From the NCBI GenBank assembly GCA_928721565.1, contig OV788638.1, positions 204,348-268,347 on the forward strand: a stretch of DNA of 64,000 nucleotides, in the 5' to 3' direction. The notes under the pieces were generated by a model, which was not told the DNA's origin, did not search any database, and saw only the letters and a list, made by a program, of their open reading frames with translations. Every line of letters begins with the position of its first letter. The first letter of the stretch is position 1. Origin of the DNA: an uncultured Clostridia bacterium (GTDB taxonomy: Bacteria; Bacillota; Clostridia; TANB77; CAG-508). Shown here piece after piece: positions 43,958 through 53,825 of this stretch. Both the position numbers and the translations under genes were made by a program.

Positions 43958-45664
43958 TTAAAGAGTTTCTTTTCTTGCAAATTCTTTTAATCTTTCTTCA
44001 ACATCTCCTGCAGAAGACATCCTTAAAACTTCATCTGCAAGTTCTTTGCAATCATATTTTTCTAATTCGCTAATCCTTTTTCTAGCTTTTAAAATACTAT
44101 TAGAATTCATTGAGAACTCATCTAGCCCTAATCCTATTAGTAATGGAATATATAGTTCATCTCCAGCCGCTTCTCCACACATCCCACAGAATATTCCTGC
44201 ATCATGTGCCCCATCAATTGCTTGTTTAATTAATTTTATTACTGCTGGATGAAACTTTGTATATAGTTTAGATATCTTTTCATTTCCTCTTTCAGCTGCA
44301 ACTGTATATTGAATTAAATCATTTGTTCCAATACTAAAAAAGTCGCATTCTTTTGCTAACCCATAAGAAATCAATGCTGCTGATGGTATTTCTATCATTA
44401 TACCAACTTTAATATTTCTCTTATAAGCTATTTTTTTACTGTCTAATTCTCTTTTACATTCTTCTAATACTTTTTTAGCATCTCTTAATTCCTCTATGGA
44501 AGATATCATTGGAAACATTATTGATAAATTTCCATATACACTAGCTCTTAATATTGCTCTTAATTGAGTTTTAAATAGTGTTATATTATCCAAACAAAGT
44601 CGAATTGCCCTATATCCTAAAAATGGATTAGCCTCTTTATCTAAATGTAGATATTTTAATTCTTTATCTCCACCTACATCTAATGTTCTTATTATTACTG
44701 GTCTATCTTCCATTTTTTCTGCCACTTCTTTATACGCGTTAAACTGTTCTTCTTCTGTTGGCATGTTTTCACTATCCATATATAAAAATTCACTTCTAAG
44801 TAGCCCCACTCCTTCAGCTGTATTTTTTAGTATTATTTCTACATCTGATGGTGTTCCTATATTGGCAACCAATTCTACTACATATCCATCACTAGTCTTT
44901 GTTACTTTATCTTTATATTTTTCTAGTTCTTCTTTTTCTTTTGTTATTTTTTCTTCTAGTTTTTCTAATTTTTCTTTTTCTTCTTTTGATGGATTTAAAT
45001 ATATTTCTCCTGTTTCACCATTTATCCCAACATAATCTCCATTTCTGAATATTTTAGTTGCATCTTCTACCTTTGTTATTGCAGGAATAGCTCTTGTTCT
45101 TGCCATTATTGAAGTATGTGAATTTGTTCCTCCTAATTCTGTTATTATTCCAGACACATTTTCAAAATCTAATTTAGCAGTATCTGATGTTGTTAATTCT
45201 GTTGCCACAATTATAGTATTAGGATTTAGCTTACTAATATTAACAGTTTCTTTATTTAATAATTTTGCAAGTATTCGATCTTTTATATCTGCAATATCTC
45301 TAGATCTTCCAGACATATATTCATCATCCATATTTTCAAATATTTGTATCACACTATTAAAACCTACTTCTACTGCATATTCTGCACTATATTTTAAGTC
45401 TTTTATTCCATTTTCGGTTTCTTGAATTAATGCAGGATCTTGCAATATCATTAAATATGCTGACATTATTTCTTTTTCAGTTCCAGTAGCTTTATTTACT
45501 ATTTCTTCTGTTTCTTTTGTTACTTCTTCTATTGCTTTTTTCAATCTATCCATTTCAGCATTTGAATTTTCAACTGTTTTCTTTTCAATTTTTCTTTCTT
45601 CATTTTTTAATATCACCGTATTTCCAAAGCCTACTCCTATGGATACACCTTTTCCATTTATCAT
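43958..45664 (-). CDS. ptsI: PTS enzyme I (phosphoenolpyruvate-protein phosphotransferase)
   Basis: GGTNSHTSIMAR (phospho-His) and the PEP-utilising domain. Confidence 0.95.
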   Translation of the reverse strand: MINGKGVSIGVGFGNTVILKNEERKIEKKTVENSNAEMDRLKKAIEEVTKETEEIVNKATGTEKEIMSAYLMILQDPALIQETENGIKDLKYSAEYAVEVGFNSVIQIFENMDDEYMSGRSRDIADIKDRILAKLLNKETVNISKLNPNTIIVATELTTSDTAKLDFENVSGIITELGGTNSHTSIMARTRAIPAITKVEDATKIFRNGDYVGINGETGEIYLNPSKEEKEKLEKLEEKITKEKEELEKYKDKVTKTSDGYVVELVANIGTPSDVEIILKNTAEGVGLLRSEFLYMDSENMPTEEEQFNAYKEVAEKMEDRPVIIRTLDVGGDKELKYLHLDKEANPFLGYRAIRLCLDNITLFKTQLRAILRASVYGNLSIMFPMISSIEELRDAKKVLEECKRELDSKKIAYKRNIKVGIMIEIPSAALISYGLAKECDFFSIGTNDLIQYTVAAERGNEKISKLYTKFHPAVIKLIKQAIDGAHDAGIFCGMCGEAAGDELYIPLLIGLGLDEFSMNSNSILKARKRISELEKYDCKELADEVLRMSSAGDVEERLKEFARKETL

Positions 45665-45693
45665 CTGTTCCCTCCTATATTCTATATAGAAAA

Positions 45694-45966
45694 TTACTCT
45701 CCGAATTTATTTTCAAATCCTTTTAGGATTTCTGACATTGCTGTTTGTTCATCTTCTCCATCACATTCAATTTCAATTTCAGTTTTTGCTTTTATTCCTA
45801 AAGACATTATTCCTAAAATTGATTTTGCACTTGCTGTTTTTCCATTTGCATTTAGATTTATATTACATTTAAATGTAGCTGCTAGTTTTGCTAGTTCTCC
45901 TGCTGGTCTTGCATGTAATCCTGTTTCGTTTTGTAATATTACTTTTTCTTTTATCATTTTGCTCAC
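45694..45966 (-). CDS. ptsH: Phosphocarrier protein HPr
   Basis: GLHARPA (His15 region) and the Ser46 region KSIMGIMSLG. Confidence 0.9.
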   Translation of the reverse strand: MSKMIKEKVILQNETGLHARPAGELAKLAATFKCNINLNANGKTASAKSILGIMSLGIKAKTEIEIECDGEDEQTAMSEILKGFENKFGE

Positions 45967-45978
45967 CCTTTCTATTGC

Positions 45979-47898
45979 TTATTTTGTTTTTTCATATTCT
46001 GGCAAATTGCTTTTTAACATTGCCATTACTCCCATTGATACTAATGATCCTATAATTATTGATACTAAATACCAAATAGGATGTCCAACTGTTGCTATTA
46101 CGAATATTCCTCCATGAGGTGCCATTAATGTACAATTAAATGCCATTGATAACGCACCTGTTACTGCTGAACCTGCAACAAATGCTGGAATTGTTCTTAA
46201 TGGATCTGCTGAAGCAAATGGAATTGCTCCTTCTGATATAAATGATAATCCCATTATATAATTTACATATGCTGCTTGTTTGTCTTTTTTTGCTATTTTC
46301 TTTGGGAAGAATGTTGCAAGTAATGCAACTGCTAATGGTGGTACCATTCCACCAGCCATTACTGCTGCCATTATTTCATATTGTCCTGATGCTAACATTC
46401 CTGTTCCAAATGTATATGCTGCTTTATTTACAGGGCCTCCTAAGTCAATCGCCATCATTCCACCAAGTATTGCACCTAATAATATTTTATTTGCTGTACT
46501 CATTGATGATAAATAATTATTTATCCCTGTATTAATTGCTCCTACATATGGATTTATTAAAAGCATAAATAATCCTATTAGTGCTATTCCAAATACTGGA
46601 TATAATAAAATTGTTTTTATTCCTTCTATGCTTTCTGGTAAATAACTACATAATTTCTTTAATCCTAAAACTATATATCCACCTGCAAAACCTGCAATTA
46701 ATGCTCCTAAAAATCCCGAACTTACAAGTGTTACTGTACTATCTGTTAATGATGCAAATGTAGTTCCTTGTACTGCCAGTATTCCACCAACAAATCCTAC
46801 AGCTAATCCTGGTCTATCAGCTATACTCATTGCAATATATCCAGCTAAGATATATAGCATTACATTGAACGCTGCTCCTCCTACTGTTTTAAAGAATGCT
46901 GCTAGTGGTGTATTCATACCAAAATTTGATGGATCTATACTATAATCATCAAATAAAAACGCTAATGCTATTAAAATTCCTCCACCTACTACAAATGGTA
47001 ACATATGTGTTACACCATTCATTAAGTGTTTATATATTTGTGTTCCAATTCCTTCTTTTTCATTATCATCATCTTGGTTATTCTTATTTTTTGTATGATA
47101 TACTTTTGCATCTGAAGATAAAACATGTTCTATTAATTCCTGTGGTTTGTTTATTCCATCAGCAACTTTTGCTTTTACTAATTTTTTTCCGTCAAATCTT
47201 GATAAATCTATTTTTGTATCTGCCGCTATTATTACAGCTTTAGCATTTTTTATTTCTTCTTTAGTAAATTTGTTCTTTACTCCTGAAGAACCATGTGTTT
47301 CTACTTTTACTTTATGTCCTAATTGTTTTCCCATTTTTTCTAATGCTTCTGCTGCCATATAAGTGTGTGCAATTCCTGTTGGACATGCTGTTATTGCAAG
47401 TATTTCATATCCGTCATTTTCTTTTTTTGTCTCATTCAATTTCATTCTTTCCGCTCTGTCTATACATAGCATAAATTCTGCTGCTGTTTCTGCATTTAAT
47501 AATTCTTCTCTAAATCTTGTGTCCATCAACAATGTTGATAATCTACTTAGTACATCTAAGTGCACATTATCTTTTGTATTTGGTGCTGCAATTAAAAATA
47601 TTAATTTTGCTGGTTGTCCGTCTAATGAGTCAAAGTTAACTCCATTAGGAACTACCATTGCTGCTAATCCTGGTTTTGAAACAGCATCTGTTTTTCCATG
47701 TGGAATTGCTATTCCTTCACCAATTCCAGTTGTTCCTTCTTTTTCTCTTTCTAATACTACTCTTTTGTATTCTTCTTTGTTAACAATGTTTCCATTATTA
47801 GCCATTAAGTCTACCATTTTACTGATAAGTTCTTCTTTGCTATTCGCGGTACCATTTATTTTTATGGAACTCGTGCTTAGTAAATCTGTGATTTTCAT
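45979..47898 (-). CDS. fruA: PTS fructose-specific EIIABC
   Basis: IIA (GIAIPHGKT), IIB (ITACPTGIAHTYMAAEAL) and a C-terminal polytopic IIC domain. Confidence 0.9.
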   Translation of the reverse strand: MKITDLLSTSSIKINGTANSKEELISKMVDLMANNGNIVNKEEYKRVVLEREKEGTTGIGEGIAIPHGKTDAVSKPGLAAMVVPNGVNFDSLDGQPAKLIFLIAAPNTKDNVHLDVLSRLSTLLMDTRFREELLNAETAAEFMLCIDRAERMKLNETKKENDGYEILAITACPTGIAHTYMAAEALEKMGKQLGHKVKVETHGSSGVKNKFTKEEIKNAKAVIIAADTKIDLSRFDGKKLVKAKVADGINKPQELIEHVLSSDAKVYHTKNKNNQDDDNEKEGIGTQIYKHLMNGVTHMLPFVVGGGILIALAFLFDDYSIDPSNFGMNTPLAAFFKTVGGAAFNVMLYILAGYIAMSIADRPGLAVGFVGGILAVQGTTFASLTDSTVTLVSSGFLGALIAGFAGGYIVLGLKKLCSYLPESIEGIKTILLYPVFGIALIGLFMLLINPYVGAINTGINNYLSSMSTANKILLGAILGGMMAIDLGGPVNKAAYTFGTGMLASGQYEIMAAVMAGGMVPPLAVALLATFFPKKIAKKDKQAAYVNYIMGLSFISEGAIPFASADPLRTIPAFVAGSAVTGALSMAFNCTLMAPHGGIFVIATVGHPIWYLVSIIIGSLVSMGVMAMLKSNLPEYEKTK

Positions 47899-47939
47899 TT
47901 TTTTATCATCCTTTCTTTTGTATTGTTCTAATATAGAAC

Positions 47940-48845
47940 TTAATTTATTTCTTTTAATAGGTTAGCTACTTCTTCTGCTGTAGCTAAATTCATTGAAAAT
48001 GCACTTGCACTTCCTGTAGCTATCCCCATTTTAAAAGCTTGTTCAAAGTCCCCATTTTTCTCATATCCTGCTATAAATCCTGCTACCATGGAGTCTCCTG
48101 CCCCAACCGTATTTAGTACTTTTCCTTTTGGAGCATTTAAAAAATATTCTTTATTTTCTGTTGTTACTAATATGGCTCCTTCTCCTCCCAATGATATTAA
48201 AACATTTTGTGCTCCCATATCTTGAAGTTTTTTAGCATGTATTACAATATCTTCTTTGTTTTCTATCTTTTCATTAAATGTTTCTTCTAGTTCTTCTTTA
48301 TTAGGTTTTATTAAAAATGGTCTATATTTTAAAACATTCATTAATAATTCTTTTGTTGCATCAACTATAAATGTTACTTTATTATTTTCTAACTTTTTAC
48401 ATATTATTTCATATATATTATTATTTATACATTTAGGTACGTTTCCTGCTAATATAACTTTGTCTTCACTTTTTATGTTATCTATCTTCTTTAGTAGTTC
48501 TTCAATATCTTTTTCAGTTATATATGGTCCATTACCATTTAATGCTGTTTCTTCTTTTGAACTGATTTTTACATTTATTCTAGTTATTCCTTTTTCTACT
48601 TTTATAAAATCTGTTTTTATTCCTCTTTGTTCAATATTTCTTTTTAATTCTTCTCCAGTAAATCCTGCAATAAATCCCAAAGCCGTACTTTCTATTCCAA
48701 GATTTCTTAGAACTGTTGATACGTTTAGTCCTTTTCCACCTGGAAGTATTTCTTCTGTTTTTGTTCTATTTATTTTTCCAATCGCAAAATTATCTACTTG
48801 TGATATGTAATCTAATGCTGGATTAAATGTTATTGTATATATCAT
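47940..48845 (-). CDS. fruK: 1-phosphofructokinase (PfkB family)
   Basis: MIYTITFNPALDY and a C-terminal GAGDSMVAGF ATP-binding motif. Confidence 0.9.
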   Translation of the reverse strand: MIYTITFNPALDYISQVDNFAIGKINRTKTEEILPGGKGLNVSTVLRNLGIESTALGFIAGFTGEELKRNIEQRGIKTDFIKVEKGITRINVKISSKEETALNGNGPYITEKDIEELLKKIDNIKSEDKVILAGNVPKCINNNIYEIICKKLENNKVTFIVDATKELLMNVLKYRPFLIKPNKEELEETFNEKIENKEDIVIHAKKLQDMGAQNVLISLGGEGAILVTTENKEYFLNAPKGKVLNTVGAGDSMVAGFIAGYEKNGDFEQAFKMGIATGSASAFSMNLATAEEVANLLKEIN

Positions 48846-48974
48846 TCAATTCACCTCATTTTGATACAATATTATCATACTTGTTTTTAATTTACAATAG
48901 AATTTTTTATATTTAATTAAAAAAAAGAACTATAATTTTACATTTTAATTATAGTTCTTTTCTTATTCGATTTT

Positions 48975-49574
48975 TTATGCATTTTGTGATGCATTATTTC
49001 CATCATCAAATGGTATAAATTTATTTACAATGCTTCCTGTATTAACTTCAATATCTGTGTCTGTTTTAAACATTGCAAATGATGTATTAATTTTACTGTC
49101 TACCAATTCTTCAACTTCATCTTGTGTTGCATGTTCTGCTAATACAAGTTCACTTACCAATATTTGTTTAGCATTATATAACATTTTCTTTTCACCTGTT
49201 GATAAACCTTTTTCTTTTTGCTTGAAACTTAAGTTCCTTACAACATCTGCAATTTCATATATATTTCCACTTTTCATTTTGTCCATATTTTCTCTGTAAC
49301 GTTTATTCCAGTTTTTTTCCATCTCTGTTTCGTCTTGTTCTAGCACATTAATTACTTTTTCTGCTTCTGCTTTATCAATTACATTTCTAATGCCATGTTC
49401 TTCTGCTGTTAATATTGGAACCATTACTTTTACTTCTCCAGGCATTTTTAATATATAATATGATTGCTTTTCACCTAATATTTCTTTCTCTTCTATTGCA
49501 TCTATTACCCCAGCTCCATGCATTGGGTATACTACTTTGTCTCCTACATTATACATGTAAGTCACTCCTTCCAA
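48975..49574 (-). CDS. CarD/CdnL-family RNA polymerase-binding transcription factor
   Basis: YNVGDKVVYPMHGAGVIDAIEEKEILGEKQSYYIL is a CarD_CdnL_TRCF N-domain. The start is probably MYNVGD. Confidence 0.75.
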   Translation of the reverse strand: MEGVTYMYNVGDKVVYPMHGAGVIDAIEEKEILGEKQSYYILKMPGEVKVMVPILTAEEHGIRNVIDKAEAEKVINVLEQDETEMEKNWNKRYRENMDKMKSGNIYEIADVVRNLSFKQKEKGLSTGEKKMLYNAKQILVSELVLAEHATQDEVEELVDSKINTSFAMFKTDTDIEVNTGSIVNKFIPFDDGNNASQNA

Positions 49575-49704
49575 GTCCTTATATTTTGGTCTTCAATCAT
49601 GTTTCACTTTATTTTCTCAACCATTTCTATTATAGCACAAAAAATGGCAAAAGTCAAAGTTTTTACCATTTTTTTTAATTTTTTCCTATTATAAAATTAT
49701 GTAT

Positions 49705-50175
49705 TTATTTGTTAGTTGATCCGAAACCTCCTATTCTGATTCCTTCTGCTTTATCATTATCTACAATAAGAAATTTTTGAAACATTGCTTGTGCTATTGC
49801 TTCTCCTTTTTTTATTGTAACATCAGTATCTTTTATATTTATACATTGAATAAATATGTGCCCATCATTGTCAATATTTTCATAATAATCAGCATCTATT
49901 ACTCCTGTGCTGTGTGGAAATAATATTCCTTGCTTTTTAGGTCCTGAACTTCTTGGAACAATTAACAATACTTCATCTTCTTGCATATATGCTTTTAATC
50001 CTGTTTTTATTAATGTTGGTTTCATTCCTGGTTTGAATGCAGGAATAATTGTATCTTCAGCAGCCTCTATGTCATATGCAGCTGATGCTTTTGTTTTTCT
50101 TTCTGGCAAGTTTATGTTCTTGTCTTCATATCCTTTTGCTATTTCAAATCCTCTTATTTTTTCCATTATTATCAT
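49705..50175 (-). CDS. dut: dUTP diphosphatase
   Basis: RSSGPKKQGI, GVIDADYY and RIGGFGSTN dUTPase motifs. Confidence 0.85.
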   Translation of the reverse strand: MIIMEKIRGFEIAKGYEDKNINLPERKTKASAAYDIEAAEDTIIPAFKPGMKPTLIKTGLKAYMQEDEVLLIVPRSSGPKKQGILFPHSTGVIDADYYENIDNDGHIFIQCINIKDTDVTIKKGEAIAQAMFQKFLIVDNDKAEGIRIGGFGSTNK

Positions 50176-50227
50176 TCATCCTTTCTTTTTATATTTTTTC
50201 ATATTCTTATTTAATTGTCAAGCAATA

Positions 50228-50254
50228 GATAAAAATAAAAAATCCCTATAATGT
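50228..50254. repeat. Left copy of the 27-bp direct repeat flanking the IS (tagataaaaataaaaaatccctataat)
   Basis: Identical to 51367..51393. Confidence 0.85.
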
Positions 50255-50255
50255 A

Positions 50256-51364
50256 GGTTTGTCAAACATATGTCACACTTTATTGATGAATCTAGTGTTT
50301 CGTATACCAAATATGATATGTTGGCTCTACAATGCTTGAAATTCCTCATATTTCTCATTTGGACTTTTCCATCCTAATGGTTTCATTGGAAAGTTATTAT
50401 ACTCTCTTGACCAATGCCTTAATTTTTCTTTAAAATCTTCAAAACTTACAAATATTCTCTTGTAATAAAATCTTTCTTGATCCTTTCTATGACTTCTTTC
50501 TACTTTTCCGTTATGCCTTGGTGTCCTTGGTTTTATTAGTTTATGCTCTATTCCCATTTCTTCCATTCTCTTTTCAAACATTGTCTTCTCTTTTGCTTTT
50601 CTCGAATTTAGTCTATTTGTAAATTCAAATCCATTGTCTGTTTGTATACATTCTATTTTATATTTGAATTTCTTTATTATTATTTCTAAAAATTGTGTTG
50701 ATGCATAGGTACTATGTTCTTTGCTAGCCCATAATACTCTCTGCCTTGTATACTCATCTATTGCTGTATATTGATAATATTTCTCTTCTAGCTCTTTCAA
50801 TTCATTTGACATACATTTCTGTGGCACATATTTTACATCTATTTGTATTCTTTCTCCTGGATGACTCATTTTCTGATATGGTTTTGGTTCATATTTTTTC
50901 TTTTTACTTGGTGCTTTTTTATATATTCCTAGTCTTTGCATCACCCTATACAAACTCGTTATTTGCCTTGTATATCCGTTTCTTATCAATTTTATCCACA
51001 ATACCACTAACCCTGCGTCTGGGTTTTGAGCTTTATATTTCTTTATCATTTTTATTTCTTCCTGTGTATGTTGATTTGGGTGTGAATGTGGTCTTCTTGA
51101 TTTATTCACTAATGATTTTCTACTTCCATCATATTTTTCTCTCCATCTATATATTGTTTTTCTATGCTGTTTATATCTTTTCGCTGCTTCTGTCACTCCG
51201 TGTTTTAATGAATATTCTACAACTGATTGCTTAAATATTATATCTTGTGTTATACTATTCATAGGAAATACCTTCTTTCGATATTAGTTTTGTGGTAAAA
51301 ACATTATATCATATTGGTATTTCCTTTTTTTATTCTTTAGTGTGACATATCTATTGTAAACCTA
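50256..51364 (-). mobile_element. IS481-family insertion sequence (about 1.1 kb, single transposase ORF) with roughly 26-bp imperfect terminal inverted repeats
   Basis: IRL is taggtttgtcaaacatatgtcacact. The reverse complement of IRR is taggtttacaatagatatgtcacact. The element is flanked by identical 27-bp direct repeats. Confidence 0.7.
50327..51262 (-). CDS. IS481-family DDE transposase (N-terminal HTH plus rve integrase core)
   Basis: D-D-E triad context IQIDVKYVP / IQTDNGFEF / HNGKVERSHR, with an N-terminal HTH KTIYRWREKYDG. Confidence 0.8.
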   Translation of the reverse strand: MNSITQDIIFKQSVVEYSLKHGVTEAAKRYKQHRKTIYRWREKYDGSRKSLVNKSRRPHSHPNQHTQEEIKMIKKYKAQNPDAGLVVLWIKLIRNGYTRQITSLYRVMQRLGIYKKAPSKKKKYEPKPYQKMSHPGERIQIDVKYVPQKCMSNELKELEEKYYQYTAIDEYTRQRVLWASKEHSTYASTQFLEIIIKKFKYKIECIQTDNGFEFTNRLNSRKAKEKTMFEKRMEEMGIEHKLIKPRTPRHNGKVERSHRKDQERFYYKRIFVSFEDFKEKLRHWSREYNNFPMKPLGWKSPNEKYEEFQAL

Positions 51365-51366
51365 TA

Positions 51367-51393
51367 TAGATAAAAATAAAAAATCCCTATAAT
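51367..51393. repeat. Right copy of the 27-bp direct repeat flanking the IS; it overlaps the left arm of a terminator hairpin
   Basis: Identical to 50228..50254. Confidence 0.85.
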
Positions 51394-51416
51394 TAGGTTT
51401 CCTTAATTATAGGGAT
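51383..51416. terminator. Bidirectional rho-independent terminator
   Basis: A 12-bp perfect stem atccctataatt / aattatagggat with a 10-nt loop and T-runs on both strands. It lies downstream of the gene 51429..52007. Confidence 0.6.
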
Positions 51417-51428
51417 CTTTTTTTATTT

Positions 51429-52007
51429 TTAATTATTTTGTCCTTGTACTGTACACATTGCTGAACTACTAGCAGACAATGTTTGTTCTCCTGCATTAGA
51501 ATAGTTTAATACTGAACCTTTTAAATTCTGTGCAGTACTATCTTCACTTGTTACTGTACATGAAAATATGTCACCTGGTTTAAATGTATATGTATCACTA
51601 CCAGTATTTACAGTTGCATTTCCAACTGCAACTCCTATTTGTGGCAATATTTGTGTATCTGTATATACAACATAAACATTTTCACCTATTTTAGTATAAT
51701 TTGCTTGTGCAGTTTTCTTTCCTGGGTTCTCATCTAAAATTTGTGCCTCAAGTTCAATATCACAATTTTTTCCCGTCTTTGCATTTAATTGGCTTTGAAA
51801 AGTTTGATACTGACTTTTAGTTAATGTACCTGTATTTGCTACCTCTGCTACAAAATCCTCTACCATCTTTTGCGCCTCTTGTTGTGAGACATTATCCACC
51901 CTTGTTTCTAAAGTAATTATCATTCCTGCTGTAAGTACTACAACTACTAATAATACTATTATTACAGATGTTGTTGAATTTCCTGACATAATTATCACTC
52001 CTTTCAT
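51429..52007 (-). CDS. Hypothetical N-terminally anchored secreted protein with a pseudopilin-like N-terminus
   Basis: MSGNSTTSVIIVLLVVVVLTAGMIITLE is followed by a Thr/Ser/Gln-rich domain. Not a canonical prepilin. Confidence 0.35.
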   Translation of the reverse strand: MKGVIIMSGNSTTSVIIVLLVVVVLTAGMIITLETRVDNVSQQEAQKMVEDFVAEVANTGTLTKSQYQTFQSQLNAKTGKNCDIELEAQILDENPGKKTAQANYTKIGENVYVVYTDTQILPQIGVAVGNATVNTGSDTYTFKPGDIFSCTVTSEDSTAQNLKGSVLNYSNAGEQTLSASSSAMCTVQGQNN

Positions 52008-52021
52008 TTTTCTTTATGATA

Positions 52022-52654
52022 TTAATCTTTTGCTAATGTTAATATTCCTATTTGTTTTCTATTTACTCCATTTTTTACTAGTGCCTTTGCACATTCATTT
52101 ACTGTACTTCCAGTTGTATATATATCATCAAATAAGAGAATTTTTTTATCTTTTATTTTATAGCAATTTTTTGCTTTGTATGAATCTTTTGCATTCTCTT
52201 CTCGCTGTGCCTTATTTAATGTACTTTGTGGTACTGTGTTCTTGCATTTATATAATATGTTATCTATTACAGGTACATCGAGTAATAATGCTATTTGTCT
52301 AGCAATTAATTCACTTTGATTATATCCTCTTTCTTTTTTTCTTTCATTACTTATCGGTACTATCATTATTATATCATATATTTTTAATTTTTCAAAACTT
52401 TTTTGCATATTTTTTAAAAAATATGTAATTGTTTGGCAATAATATGGTTTTTCTTTGAATTTAAGATTTAATATTTGTTCTCTTATTAAATCTTTATATT
52501 TAAAAAAGTAATAATGTTTTTCAAAATATTTGCTTGTGTCGTTTTGGTAATCATCTATTTCAAATGAGTATTCTTCTTTTAACTTATTATTACATTTATT
52601 ACATAATGATTTGGTATTTAGTTTTCCACATATGCTACATACTTGTGGATACAT
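52022..52654 (-). CDS. comFC: ComF-family protein (ComFC/GntX; N-terminal zinc ribbon plus phosphoribosyltransferase fold)
   Basis: CSICGKL...CNKCNN zinc ribbon and LLFDDIYTTGSTVNECA PRTase motif. Confidence 0.75.
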   Translation of the reverse strand: MYPQVCSICGKLNTKSLCNKCNNKLKEEYSFEIDDYQNDTSKYFEKHYYFFKYKDLIREQILNLKFKEKPYYCQTITYFLKNMQKSFEKLKIYDIIMIVPISNERKKERGYNQSELIARQIALLLDVPVIDNILYKCKNTVPQSTLNKAQREENAKDSYKAKNCYKIKDKKILLFDDIYTTGSTVNECAKALVKNGVNRKQIGILTLAKD

Positions 52655-52763
52655 TAATTTTATTATTAAAGATAAAATATTATTTCCTCCTTTTTATTTG
52701 TTCTCACCAGATTTAAATTTTTGACTTCAAGTAGAAAATCTCAAAGGGCTAGCGGTTGTAGCT

Positions 52764-52846
52764 TTTTATATAATAGGAAAGTATCACTTTCCTATTATAT
52801 AAAAATAATTATCCACTACATAAAACTTAGTGGATAATTATTAATA
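52764..52846. repeat. Two adjacent perfect 15-bp-stem palindromes between yjjX and comFC
   Basis: tatataataggaaag-tatca-ctttcctattatata and aataattatccacta-cataaaact-tagtggataattatt. Confidence 0.5.
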
Positions 52847-52849
52847 CAT

Positions 52850-53368
52850 TCACCATTTTTCTCCGTTCAAAAGACCCGCAAGAGCCATTCTAACACCTTG
52901 CCTTATGCTTTCTGTCCTTTCTGTTAATCCATGTGTTATAATTTCTAAGCCATCTTTTTCCTTACCAAATATATTAGCAAATACAACATTTATGCTAGTC
53001 GCCTTTGCCTTGTCTATATATTTTGTTGGAATTTCAAATGCTTGGCTTATACCACTGGATCTTTTTCCATGGTTATTTTCAATTAAAACAAATTGTATGT
53101 TATACCAGTTTTGGCTTAATTGAACTATACCACCTTCAACAGCAACTAAAAAATCATACTGTTGTTTTCTCTCTTCTAATAAGCTCTTTAAGTTCTTTAT
53201 CCGGTTTTGGGCACCTATTATAGTTGCCTCATTAATGGGTTGTCTTGGAACTTCTGATGAAGCGCTAACCATTTCAACATTAGTTTCTTCATCAAAATAT
53301 TCCTTAAATGTTTCTTTCACTGCTTGTGTTTTCATTATGTTTTCTGTAGCCACAAAGATATTTATCAT
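52850..53368 (-). CDS. Non-canonical purine NTP phosphatase (inosine/xanthosine triphosphatase, YjjX family)
   Basis: FLVAVEGG...VLIENNHGKRSSGISQAFEIP aligns with YjjX (VAIEAG...VVIENASQRGEARS). Confidence 0.6.
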   Translation of the reverse strand: MINIFVATENIMKTQAVKETFKEYFDEETNVEMVSASSEVPRQPINEATIIGAQNRIKNLKSLLEERKQQYDFLVAVEGGIVQLSQNWYNIQFVLIENNHGKRSSGISQAFEIPTKYIDKAKATSINVVFANIFGKEKDGLEIITHGLTERTESIRQGVRMALAGLLNGEKW

Positions 53369-53568
53369 TATGAGCTCACATCCCTTCTAAATTCATTTTT
53401 AAAGTGACAATTAAATTATACTATAGTTACATATTTATGTCAAGTGCAATAGAATTTTGAATGGACAATATGTAAAAAAGTTATTTTTTTTCGTTTTTTC
53501 TATTGACAAATTATAATAAAGATATTATAATAGTCATTGTCGTAAGACATTGCCAGATTATAACACAT

Positions 53569-53657
53569 GCAGATGTGGCGGAACTGGCAGACGCACAGGA
53601 CTTAAAATCCTGCGGTGGTTAAACACCGTGCCGGTTCGATTCCGGCCATCTGCACCA
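53569..53657 (+). tRNA. tRNA-Leu (UAA), with a long variable arm
   Basis: GCAGATGTGGCGGAACTGGCAGACGC...GGACTTAAAATCC...CCGGTTCGATTCCGGCCATCTGCACCA. Confidence 0.85.
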
Positions 53658-53660
53658 AGA

Positions 53661-53692
53661 AAAAGATTATCATTAGATAATCTTTTTTATTT
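53661..53692 (+). terminator. Terminator after tRNA-Leu (copy 1 of a duplicated roughly 45-bp segment)
   Basis: aagattatc-atta-gataatctt followed by ttttatttt. Confidence 0.6.
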
Positions 53693-53806
53693 TATATAAA
53701 CGTTCGGAATCGAAAAGGAAGTTGCCAAGCTTCGTGCTGGTCTGGAGCCAGCCGAAGCGTAGGTAAAAATAATCCTGCGGATTATTTTTCTGACGCGGCT
53801 TGTCGT

Positions 53807-53825
53807 ATTCCGGCCATCTGCACCA
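53807..53825 (+). repeat. 19-bp perfect copy of the tRNA-Leu 3' end (attccggccatctgcacca), embedded in a roughly 55-bp degenerate copy of the tRNA 3' half
   Basis: Identical to 53639..53657. Upstream, aatcctgcgg also matches the tRNA anticodon and variable-arm region. Confidence 0.8.
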
